Shown here piece by piece: positions 1-12,083 of a stretch of DNA of 41,096 bases. The stretch is taken from NCBI GenBank assembly GCA_008636045.1, contig SNRW01000019.1, forward strand, positions 1-41,096, given 5' to 3'. The DNA is from Streblomastix strix. Its lineage: Eukaryota. The translations under genes were made by a program, and so were the position numbers. Under the pieces are notes generated by a model. That model ran no database searches. It saw only the letters and a program-made list of their open reading frames with translations, and had not been told where the DNA came from. Each line of letters begins with the position of its first letter. Within the stretch, counting starts at the first letter, position 1.

Positions 1-65
1 ATTTTGATTATTAGCATATTTATGTTTATTTATTTTTTCAAACAATTTTAATTTTGTTTTGAAAG

Positions 66-881
66 GAAAATAATGTTGAATATGATGATGCTATCTTTGA
101 ACAAGACGAAATAAGAGAGCATACTGAAGAGCACCGAAGAAAAGCAAATATGTATCTATTTTGCATAAACATTAATACGAAATATTTAGTGGTATATCCA
201 TTGATTGATAAATCAGCCGCATAAGTAGTTGGATAATTGCAAAAACTGATTAAAAATTATTACGTAAATAATATTCGTGGAGATGGGGAGAAAGGATTTA
301 ATAGCTCGTATTTTGCTTTGTTTTGCTCATAGAATAAAATTAATGGATATTTCACTGATTCAAAATTCACTAATCATAATCGAGTAGTCGATTCAGTAAT
401 TCGAACAATAAGGAACGCGTTTGGTTATAAATTTAATTAATTTTCAACAAATTATGAAATGTAAATAGTCATTAGTATATACAATAATACACCACATCTT
501 GCGTTTCAAAATAAGTATAGTCCATATTAGGTTCAATTATCAAGAGATTTAGAAGGATAATATATACGTTCATAAATGAAGAAATTAGAGCGACAACTAG
601 CAAGACAACGATAATAGGGCATACTATCATTTAAGGCAGGAAATATAATATTGATACATCTTGATTTTTAAAAAACATAATAGAAATTTATGAAATAAAG
701 AAAAAATTTTAATTAATTAGCTGAGTTTATTAGATATGTAAATGGTAATGTTTTATGTCGATTATTGAATCATTCTTATAAAATAAATATAATAAAAATA
801 CCTTCATATTATTGTAAATATGTAAGTGAAAATAAAGAATCTATACCAGAATATTATGCAGCAGAGTTTTTATTTAGATGA
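66..881 (+). CDS. Retroviral-type (rve) integrase, Polinton/virophage-like, 5' part missing or spliced
   Basis: With TAR=Gln the frame is open from 66 to TGA at 879-881 (ATG at 150): MYLFCININTKYLVVYPL..IRGDGEKGF..NHNRVVDSVIRTIR..IYNNTPH..KYSP. These match the integrase core motifs YxLxxIDxxSRY, TDNGxEF, NGxxERxNRT and YNxxPH...SP. An in-frame TGA at 60-62 and a possible acceptor AG at 64-65 lie upstream. Confidence 0.8.
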
Positions 882-930
882 AACAATAAAAATTTATTTA
901 TATATTTTTTAATTTTTTATCGAATAATAA

Positions 931-1326
931 ATGACAGCAATTGAAACAAGTCCCAACGGGGCCGTCTAAAGACTCAACGAGACAATCAACGAGACAGTCA
1001 ATGAAACAACATAAACCGAATCATCACAAACAGATTCATTTAGTTCAGCAAAATAAGGACGTCCAAAGAAATATACTGATAAAGAATAGGCAATGATTGC
1101 AGCAAGAGAGCAACGCAAAAATGCAAGAATTAGATATAAATAAAATTAAACAAATTATGTTTCAAAAGTTAATGACATGCAATTATTGATAATCAAAAAA
1201 CTTAAAAAAATAATTGTGAATATTAATGATTTGATAACAATAAATGAATTGATTAAAAAATATGAAAATAAAAAAGACATCAACGACGATGTTAATGATT
1301 CTATTATTGAACAAATCAACGTTTGA
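931..1326 (+). CDS. 131-aa small protein with AT-hook-like GRPKKY motif, probably an element-encoded DNA-binding protein
   Basis: Clean intronless ATG(931)-TGA(1324-1326) ORF in code 6: MTAIETSPNG...KQGRPKKYTDKEQAMIAAREQRKNARIRYK... It starts 49 bp after the integrase stop. Confidence 0.65.
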
Positions 1327-1351
1327 ACACTATTTATTTTTATTTATTTTC

Positions 1352-1620
1352 CATGTTTCGACTATCTGGCGGATCGACTGGCATTTTTCATAGAACCTAT
1401 TTTACTCGGAGCACTCGGTGCACTTGGTGCAGCTAAAAGTCATTCACTATCCACATCAATTATCCACACCAATTACGAAGAATATTAACGATTTCACTAA
1501 CGATTTCATGTTTCGACTATCTGGCGGATCGACTGGCATTTTTCATAGAACCTATTTTACTCGGTGCACTCGGTGCACTCGGTGCAGCTAAAAGTCATTC
1601 ACTATCCACTTCAATTTATC
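1352..1620. repeat. Direct repeat, two ~113-bp copies with a 155-bp period and internal 9-bp subrepeats
   Basis: catgtttcgactatctggcggatcgactggc...cattcactatccac starts at 1352 and again at 1507, near-identical. Each copy contains three (ACTCGGTGC)-like units. Confidence 0.95.
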
Positions 1621-1678
1621 GCTCCTATTTAATGGTTTTCATTAACGTTTTCATTTAACCAAATCCATTAACTGTATT

Positions 1679-1944
1679 AGTAGTTATGTGAAAAAGGAGT
1701 GTGCCATACATTACAAGAATATCAAACAATAATGTTTATCATTAATCTATTCCAATATACATATCCAATCATGATTTATCATAATTTTCCTGCAAATCTT
1801 ATTCAAGTGTTTATTTTCCTCTACATTATTTATCTTCATTATTTATTTTCATTATTTATTATTATTATTTATTATTATTATTTATTTAACATTATTTTAT
1901 TTTATTTTTCAATGTGGGGCACACTCCTTTTTCACATAACTACT
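1679..1944. mobile_element. 266-bp MITE-like element with ~34-bp terminal inverted repeats, termini AGTAGT...ACTACT
   Basis: 1678-1705 (tagtagttatgtgaaaaaggagtgtgcc) is the perfect reverse complement of 1918-1945. The match extends to 1712/1911 with 2 mismatches. The interior is AT-rich and looks non-coding. Confidence 0.75.
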
Positions 1945-2099
1945 AGCATCCATTCTTCAAATTATGACTTATATCAATTGAAAAAAGTAATAAATAATTG
2001 AGTTTGATGGCGAATAAAAATATTTAGTAGTAGTTAGAAAAAAATGACTTTTAGAAAAAGAAAATAGCATATTAATACCTTGAATTTGGATTAATTGAC

Positions 2100-5000
2100 T
2101 ATGATACCTAATAATAAATATTAATCAATTTGTTGAGAATTGAAACAAAGGAAAATATGGATTTTGGCCAATAATATATCAATATGATCTCTTCTTAACA
2201 AAAATTAAGTGAAAAAATTATAACATTGATCTTTAATATCTATCTCATTTCCAGTATATAAGTAAATGATAGTAAAATTCAATTAGGACTAAAAAAAATA
2301 ATTAGATAATTAGCAATGAAATCAATAAAACGACACAATTTTAAGGCATTGTAAGATATGATTTGAAGAAGTGAGAAGGTGATCGCATATCAATTGATTT
2401 TGGGTTAGAATATTGTTATTTTAGGAAATTTTGCCTATTAATGCATTTTTTTGAAAAAATATTGCAATTGGTGCAATTCAATATAAATCTAATTATAGAT
2501 TAAAGAGATAAGATAAATATTGTAATCATCCAATATATTTTGATTTAAAGATGATAAATTTGTTAATTTGATTGCTTAAAACAATATCCATTAATATGAA
2601 TCAGAACAATTGAAAACATCAGCAGTAACTGTACTATGTATTCTATTAATTGGCTAAGAAATTGAATCATGTTTGAAAAATTAAATTATTGAACTGTTAT
2701 AAATTTGATTTTAAAAAAAAAGATTCTTGCAAAAAATCAGAGCTAGTTTATGTATTAATACTTATTGCTACAAAAGAATTTATGAAAATTTAAATTAATT
2801 CTTAAAATTATTTTATTACTTTTTTTAATATTAACAAATTTTAAAAGCATTTTGTCTAAGAATTTCATTTATACTGTTGATAAGATAAGTTAGATGCAAA
2901 TTGAACTTTTACAAAGAGATTTGTTAATATTGATACTAACATTAATTAAAAATAGGGGAATTAATATTGAAAATGAAATTTGAGGTTAATTTTGGTATAA
3001 TGGATTAATAAAATATACTAGATATACGAAAAAAAGAATTTATTGATTATGTTTATAGATTATGTAGAAATGAAATAAAATTAAATAAATACAAGTTACT
3101 ATTAAAAAATATGATATATTTCAATAATTTCAATAAGAAAATAATGAAGAAAAGAAAATCAAAAAAAATGAAGATTTTATTTCAACAATTCTCACTTTTT
3201 TGAATAATATGTAATGAAATCAATAAATCAAAGTAAAATGGATAATTATAACCTTATTTTCCGATAAGTATAAAAAATCTTATAAAAATAATTTAATGCC
3301 TCATATCAAATTCAAAACAAATTGTTAGTCCAATATTGAAAGCAAAAAATTTAAAAATATTGATAAAATTATTGAATATACTACCTTAGTAATAAGTTGC
3401 ACTTATTTATATTTAATTCTTTTAAATTCATATAAATTCTTGATATATGAAATAATCATAAATAATTTATGATGTTGGCGCTGTTTCAGCAGTGTCACAT
3501 TTCATCATTCATCTAGATTCATAACCAGCTTTAGATTCATCTAAAGTTATCAGATATTTAGTTTATTCAAAAACATTCAGTATTAACAAACAATCAAACT
3601 ATGAAATAAAGTAACCTTTAATGTTTAAGCATCCAAATTATAAAGAAATGAAAAGTAATGAAATGATAAACATTTTAATCGAATGTTTAAAGAATTAGTA
3701 ATAGAATGAGTAAATCAAGTAAGATCTTAATGGAATATTATGTACAAATTTCAAAGGATATTTATTTCATTCTTAAATTTTGAATATTTTCAGTTAATTT
3801 CTTAAAGAAATTATTGAATATAATTTAATTTTAAAATGTTCAGTTGATGATGAATTAGATTAATAATAAATTATTTCATTTAGAAATAACATTCAATAAG
3901 CAATATATGAAAATTAAAAAATTCAATAATAATTTCTAATAATAAATAATTTAAATAGATAGATTAAATGAAAATAATTGAATTATTTAAAATCTTATTT
4001 CAAACTGAAAAATAGTAAATGAGAAAGAAAATCAGAGAAGTTATATAAATCGATCTATTAAAAACTTTAACTAAAAGGTAGAACCTATTCTTTTTATATT
4101 TTCATTGTATTAATTAGTAATAAAAATAATTATAATAATAAACAATAAATAATTAACTAATGAATAAAACTATATTCGCACTTTATGCATGGATAATTGA
4201 AGAAAATTAATTGAATTATCTTTAAAAAATTGAAGTAATAAATTAGTTACTATCAGAAACAAGAAAAAAAGATAAATTGAAAGTGAGAATTGAAGTTGCA
4301 AAATATCATAAAATTAAAATTGATTACTAAATGAATGAAAATGTAAGATATGAAAATAAAATAAAAAAGAAGAATTTTGAAAGTTTAAATTTAAAAATGA
4401 AAACAAGCAAAAAGGAAAATTTGAAAAAAAAAATATAGAAAGAAAAAGAAAAATTAACTTTTGAAAATTACTTCTTGAATAATATTAATAAAATGATACA
4501 TATTTTAAAAAGTATATCTGACAAAGATTTAACTTCTGAAACAATGAAAATAATTAGAAAATTAATTTAATAAGAATTGATTGAAAATATTAATAATTTT
4601 GAAACAAAAATAATTATATAATAAAAATAAAATCTTCAGTGAATTGAAGAAAGAAATGATGATAAATTTCTATTGAATAATAAAAATTATGAAATATATA
4701 AATTTCTCCGATTTATAATTGAAATGAGTAATGGGAATAATTAAAATCAATTGTTAAAACTGAATAATAAAACAATTTAATCAATTAGCTAAGTAGTCGT
4801 TCGAGAGACATTGATGAGTAGAAATGAATGAGTTAATTATTTAAAATATACTTATTTAAATTCTGGAAAATATGATTTATTCAGTGTTTCATCGAAGCAT
4901 TAAACATCCTTGCTTTTTGCTAGAGCTCTGTCAAAATTTAAATATTAATGCAAAGACTCAAATTTATCATATAATGAAATTATAAAAAAAGATGATTAAT

Positions 5001-5150
5001 TAAGTAAGAAGTTTATGTGGGCGTTTGCAAACATAAAAATCATACGAGAATATTATAATATAAATATATGTAAAACAATATGGAGTATAAAAATTAGGTA
5101 TAAGACTTCACAAAATTGAGTCAGTTCGACAAATGAATATTATAAATATT
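2100..5150 (+). pseudogene. Decayed multi-fragment ORF(s), helical/ARM-like hypothetical protein
   Basis: Long code-6 reading stretches (e.g. LKTSAVTVLCILLIGQEIESCLKNQIIELL; FALYAWIIEENQLNYLQKIEVINQLLSETRKK) are broken by frameshifts and in-frame TGAs. The family assignment is only from recalled resemblance. Confidence 0.35.
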
Positions 5151-5965
5151 TTTTTTAAAAAAAATTAAAGTAAGAATATTTGCTAATCTAAATTTTATTT
5201 ATTGCAAAATATAAATTAATAAAAAAGAATAAGTAAAAATATTTAAATAGTCAATAAATTTAAAAATTTTGAAAATTTAACTGGTAAATAGAACGAAATG
5301 TTTTCATAAAATATTTAAAAAACAATTATAAATATAATTATAAAAAAAAGTAATGATGCTATTTGAACAATTTAAATTAGAAAATAGCAATTTTAAAAGA
5401 ATAAAATATGTTCATTATTATTATAATTATGATTTACTAGAAAATTATGAAATAATTACAATTTTCTTCTTAACAAGATGCATATATTTTAAATATGATG
5501 AATAAAAAAAATTACAAAATTTTTATTTTATGAATATAATTAAATAAAAAAAATATATCTGTTAAAGAGTGGTTTGTTAGAAAAATATAAATTAAAAGAA
5601 ATGTGAGTTTTCCCTTGGGGAAAAATAAAAATATCTAAATTAAATTTCTTTGAAATTTAATATTTATAAATATTCGATTTAATTAACCTTAATATTAATT
5701 ATATTCTTATATTTATCTAATTAGGCATATTATAAAAAAATTTGAGCAGCTAGTAGGAGGTTTTGGATTAGTCATGTATCTTTTTATTATATGTATTAAT
5801 ATTTTTATTTGTTTTAAATTAAAAAATAGAAATTTGATTTTTGAGTTTGCAAACAACCATATAGAAATAAGAAAAAAGAAGAAAAAAGAAGAAAAAAATA
5901 AAAAAAATAATACAAAAATTTAATAATTAAATTGCAGATAAAGAAAGTATTCAAATTTTTTTGCA

Positions 5966-7170
5966 TGTACTCTAAAATTCTTAGTGAGATAGCTGGATTA
6001 ATTGCAGAATCAACTTACCTAATATGGATCTAATGATGAATAAGATCGTTAATTAATAAATGCAAGATTGCATGCTGCTATTGGACACTGTAGCCTAAAA
6101 AAGACATTTAGTTTATAAAACGATAAATAAAAATATATGTTCTGAATTATTGAAATTAAACTCAATGTATATTTTTCAAAATTAAATTAGAAAACTGCAT
6201 TGCAATTAAATTAAATTGAAAATTCGGAGCAATAAATATTAGATTTTAATTAAAAAGAAATAATTATAATTATAATTATGTAAATTTTAATTTCATTGAG
6301 TTGCTTCGGAAAATTTTCAAATGAATCAAAAGTTTTAATAAATAAATTTGATATAATTAATTCAATTATCTCAATTATTCATATTAATTTTGATTGTACA
6401 GGGAATCTTAATATTTTCAATTTTGAATAAAAGATACACGTAATTTCATATGCATTCATCGAATTATTTAAGTTTATATATCACTCTTCAAATAAATATT
6501 TTAAAAATATTAACAAAAATCTCAAAATTATTTAACTCATCATTTCATTCATCGTTTGGAAGTCAGACTAAAATGAAATGAATACTATAAATAGATAATC
6601 ATCATTATTAAATAAATTTTAGCATCATTCGCCATATTATCAAACAATTTCAGTTTTGAATTTTCTTCAAATTTAAATTTAAAATTTTTAATCTATTCAT
6701 CATATAGTGATTTCAACTCAAAATCTTGTTAATTATATCGTTAATTATGTTAATTATGACCAAAATACCAAAACAAATATTGAAAATTAATAATTAATTT
6801 GACATGCATCATTGCAAGTTATTGACTAAGTATATTAACAAAGTGAATTAAGGTATTTTTCAAAAATATTATTTAAATTTCATGGTATTATGTAAATAAT
6901 TGATTAAAAATGTATTCCTCAAGGAATATATTGATTTTATGACAATATAATTGCTATTTGTCTAGCAATCATTTATCACACTTATGAAGATTTATAATTA
7001 TAGAGAGGAGATCCAATTGAATTAAAACTTTAATTGAGAGTTTTATGAAGTGTTGAACAAGAAAGATGTGCTGAAGAGTTTGAATTGTTACTATATTACT
7101 TTGATATAAGGTAAAATTTTGGAACACAAGATTGGGCAAAAATATTGAAAAGTTAAATCACTGTATGAAT
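5966..7170 (+). pseudogene. Decayed hypothetical gene, helical-repeat family
   Basis: Starts MYSKILSEIAGLIAESTY and has protein-like segments to ..SVEQERCAEEFELLLYYFDIRQNFGTQDWAKILK, with several in-frame TGAs and frameshifts. Confidence 0.4.
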
Positions 7171-7872
7171 ACGGTCAATTAACAAAAAACTAATTAATTA
7201 TCATTATCATTATCATTATCAATTTCAATATATGAAGAGTTTAAAATAAATTTAAGAGATTGAGTTTCTTTATCTGTTAATATTTTTAATTCAAAAATGT
7301 ATTCAAATAAATAATTTCTATTCTCAATATGAATTATATAAAAATTTCTTTATATTTGTCTTTAATAATTCTTTATCTAAATTTGATTTTAATACTGAAA
7401 TTTTTATTAATGTTTCTCAAATCATCTCATGTTAAATAATTTGACTTTGATATTAGCACTGAGTATACATTTTAACATAATAATGATATAAATTTATTAA
7501 CATCATATAATATTATATATATTCACATACCAAATCTGAATATAAACAGTTGTTGTGAAAATACCGAACACTTAAATTAAAAATCATTTTTATTAGTTAA
7601 TCATTGTTATATTAGCAATAATTTAAATTAAACTTAAATAAACAATTAGTTTTCAAATATATAAAATTCTAAATTTCTATAAATAACTCAATATTATAAA
7701 CAAATTAGCCTTTTTCTAAAAATATTATCAATCATAACTTCTGATGATTCAAAAAAATGCATTCATAGATTTTTCTGATTCCACTATTTTTTAATATATA
7801 TTTCATACATTTTATACAAATACAGACTAAGTGGAGAGCTAATTTTCTCAATACAAACAATAATCACACAAA

Positions 7873-10800
7873 ATGGAATCAGATGACGAAGAAACAACTT
7901 TACTTGATAATTAAAATTAAATTAAATCTAGATTTGGAGGTATTTCATCGATTGAACTTATTCCATGTTCTTATTGCAACCGCAAATTTCGGCGCGAGCG
8001 AATTGCAGTTCATTAAGAAATCTGTAAAAACAATGCACAGAGAGAGAAAGAGAGAAAGGAAAATGAACTTGCTCTTCGTAGAAAGAATTGGTCTCCATAG
8101 CGAAAACCACTATAATCACAGCCAACTATTGACGAGGGTGATTAGTTTTTCTCATCCAGCTTACGACGAGAATATGAACCTAGCCCTCAAAGAGTGTAAA
8201 GATCTTTATCATCGAGTATGAAAAGTAATATGGAGCCCTAATATCAGCGAGTAACCTCAAAAAACTAAATTACATATCCACCAATCAATGAAACAGAGTA
8301 AATAACATCAATTAATCTAGATTAAGTTAATTTTAATAATAATGACGATATTGATAACAAATTGAATATAATAAGATAAAAAAATAAAGCCAGAGCGCCT
8401 TCAGTTGGAACAAGGGATTTGTAAGAAAAAGGAAAATCGATATTTGCTGATGATTTGTAAGATCTTAGTGGAAGCAGACGAATTAGAAGGAAGAAGAAAA
8501 GCGGATAAAGTGATTCAACAACCAGGTCATTAAGAAGTTTAGATGAATCATCATATGATGAATCATTTGATCCGTTGGATAATACTCAAGATGAAGTATC
8601 ACCATCTCGCACCAATGAAAACAACTAAATTCAAACATAATAATATTTTAACTAGTAATTAGATGAATTAATGAATGTTGAGGAAGAAGATGAAGAAGAA
8701 GGTGTATTTCCATCCATCAACTTCAATACAAACACAGAAACACTTCGATCAACAATCAGTCAAAGACTAGCTCTTCTACAGGAGCGACGAGTTGCATCAC
8801 TTTCAGACTCACAGAAACTTGGTGAATCTTTAAGATCTCACTCATAACAATAAATTTCAGATTTATAACACAATAATTCAAATTCACATTTTTAACAACC
8901 TTCTTAATTGCAATAATAATAATCATCGCAAACATAATAAGAATAAGATGAAAATAATGATGAAAATCAAATTTAACCTCCTTCTTCATCATAAAAATAA
9001 TAATAACAGTAATAGTCAAATTCAGAACAACATCTTTTACTTTAAAATTAATCTTTATTATAAAGATAAATCAAAACAAATTCTCCTTAAATCAATCGAT
9101 CTAAAACTCCATAGGTTTTATCTAGTAACAGTAGTCGAGTTGAGACAACAGTCAATTAATTAATTAATGAAACTAAAAAAGCACTTATTTCTCCTACTAA
9201 GAAATTTGCTTAGCGACCAATGTCGGCAAAATTCCCTCCATTAGTAATTGATAAGAAAAATCAAATTAAATTACAAATTAATGATGTTCCACAAATTCCT
9301 TAAACAAAATCGTTGCAAGATTAAAAATAAACTCCAATCACATAAATTTCATCAACTCAGCCATCTTCATAATAATAACAATAAACTTAATAAGCAATAA
9401 TATCAGTTTAATCATCATCTCATATTCCATCTCAAACAACACAACAAACGGTTAAAAACTCAATTTCATATCAATAATTTTCACAGAAAGAAAATTAATA
9501 GCAAATCGTTAATATGTCAAATTTATAAACTAACCCACCAATGATGTAACGTACGAATGTTCTTGAACAAAGTCCTAGAAAAATAAGAATCCTTACGATG
9601 CAATAAATAATAAACAATTTAAATTAAGAAGAAAATGTCCATTAAGATGAGTAAATAAAAGAAAAAAATGTTTTAGATTAAAAAAATAAAGATAAATTAA
9701 TTAAAGGAGACAATGAAATGGTGCAAAATATTGATTAGCGTTCTTCAATAGATTCAAACAGTTAAACTCAGAAATAACCTTAAATACCAAAATTATAATT
9801 AAAATAAATTCCGTCTATTTAAACGAAGCTGGACGCAAAAGGTAAAAATAATAACAAAGATAAAGAAATTAAAACAGATAAAGAATTAAATAATAATTTA
9901 ATTTGTGATAGTAATCCAAGTTCAACTAGATCAAAGAATCAATCTGGAGTTAAGATTAATAATAATAGCAATAACAATAATAATACATCAAAGAACTAAA
10001 ATAGTAAAGATATTACTCCAATAAAATAACTCAGCAATTAAAATGCTAAAGGAAGTGAAATGGTTCGTATCAAATTATAACCATCTCCAACATAACAATA
10101 AACATCAGCTTCATAAACCAGTTTATCATCACAATTTAGTTAATCAACATCTAATCTAAACACAAAAAAAAACGGTTTGCATTAAAATAATCTCAAATAT
10201 TAGACATAATCCACTTCAAGTGTACAACCATTATCACCTTAACAGTCGTATCAGTTAAATTAGTCATCTTCGGGTATTTCAACACCAGGATCATAATCAG
10301 CTCGTGGATCCAATGAAATAGTTAAATAGGGTGACTAACAATCAATATAGGATTTAGTCCCGTCACCTCAAATCATTCGATAATAAACACCTTCTAATTC
10401 ATCAGCTTCTTCTTCTTCTTATAAATAAGTATCTCCCAATAATTCTAAAAATAATGGTTCTAATATAATTACAAGTACTAGTAGTGCAACTAATATGAAA
10501 AACTCAACATAAAATGGAATTAAAAAGAAAATTGAAGTTAATGGAAATATTTAAGTTATAAATTCACTTTCATAACCATCTAATTATCCAAATCAATATT
10601 CTTAACAAGGATAATTGACATCAGCTTAGAAAAATACAGTTGCTTAGAAAAAACTCACTATAACAATTTAACCGAAAGGATAAACATTACCCACAACACA
10701 AACTAAAGAAAAACAAAATGAAAAATTAACTGTTTATAAGTCTTAGAAAAAAGTTTCAACTCCAACAGCTCAAATTGTTCAGAATAATTAACCTCCATTT

Positions 10801-11775
10801 TCAAATATTAATTCTTTAGATATTTTCACCCAATAGGTAATATCTCCAAAAGCGCAGTAATTAAAATTAGCTTTACATTAATAGCAAAATTAAGATTATA
10901 GCAGCATTAATTAAAATCGCAATATTACATCTCCTAGTCTTTCTATTAAAACTTAGCCTAATACTAATATTTCTTCTTCAACTAGCATAAATTCATTAGA
11001 TACTAATGGTCAATTGAAGAATAAACCTAAATCAAAACCGAAAGCAAATTAATAAAATGTCTCTCCAGCAAACAATATTTTAAATGTTAAATAATAGATC
11101 AAAGTTCATGTTGCATAAAAACCAAAAGAAGAACCAGAAAAATTAGTGAATACTTAACCTATTCAATCTTTATAATCAACTTCATCAATAAAATAGAATG
11201 TTTCCAATAACAGACAATTCACTTCAGAATCTCCAATATTACCAAAAAAGATTACTTCTCCAACAATTCAAACGCAAACTGTCTTTTCATCTCAATAACT
11301 TCTTACAATCCCATCTCCAATACCAGAAACTAGTCAATCACATACAAGTCCTGTTAATATACATACATCAACGTCATATTCACATTTATCTTAAAGTGCA
11401 CCTAAACCATAATACTCTCTTATCATTCCTGAAGCAAAACAAAATTTAACAATTAATTCATAGCCATAAAATCAAATTTCAACAAATTCTACTTTAGCAT
11501 TTCCATTAACATAGACAGAATAATAATCATTAACATCAAAATCAATTAAAACTGAAATTTTAGCATCACAATAAGTTAAAGAAAACCCCAAATCAAAATC
11601 TGATGATTCTTTTGCACTTGATTCTCCGAAATAGTCAGGGCAAATTATTCTACCAATCAAATCACTTCAAAATTCAGACCAATTGGGCATCTGCATGTCA
11701 TGCAAAGAATAACTGTGCTGTACTCGAGCTAAATTCTGTTGTTAATGCGGCTGCAAGCTACCTATTAACTAATGA
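7873..11775 (+). CDS. ZC2HC1/FAM164-like zinc-finger protein (~1300 aa, apparently intronless)
   Basis: ATG 7873 and TGA 11773-11775 are in the same frame, and spot checks show an open frame. It has an N-terminal C2HC finger LIPCSYCNRKFRRERIAVHQEIC and a C-terminal zinc ribbon CMSCKEQLCCTRAKFCCQCGCKL, with a long Q/S/N-rich linker. Confidence 0.8.
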
Positions 11776-12083
11776 ATAACTTAATTTCTTAATTTCGAAG
11801 CTAGTCATTGTAATTATACCATTTGTTTTATTTTTCTATTACAATAAACTCTTTTTTGATTTTTTCCATTATTTCCATAATTCTATCAATAAAATGTTAT
11901 AAAATTAAAAAAAATATAAATTTAATTTTGAAAATTTTACATTGATTGTGAAAATATGATTCAGAATTAAAGTTTTTGGAAATTTCTTTCAATCAAAATG
12001 GTTTAAAGTTGCCTTCCTCCCCACTTTCTGTTGTCTCTTCCCATCCCACTCCAACCTCATTTACACATAAATATATATTCTCT

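Noticed and set aside
1352..1620. CRISPR-like repeat-spacer array
   Set aside because: There are only two long (~113 bp) units, no cas genes, and the context is eukaryotic.
1699..2001. 100-aa ORF from the supplied track
   Set aside because: It is a low-complexity I/Y/F/L translation of the AT-rich interior of element A, starts at GTG, and shows no protein-like signal.
7197..7220. (TTATCA)n and nearby (AAGAAAAAAG)n microsatellites
   Set aside because: These are ordinary short simple repeats and do not look telomeric.
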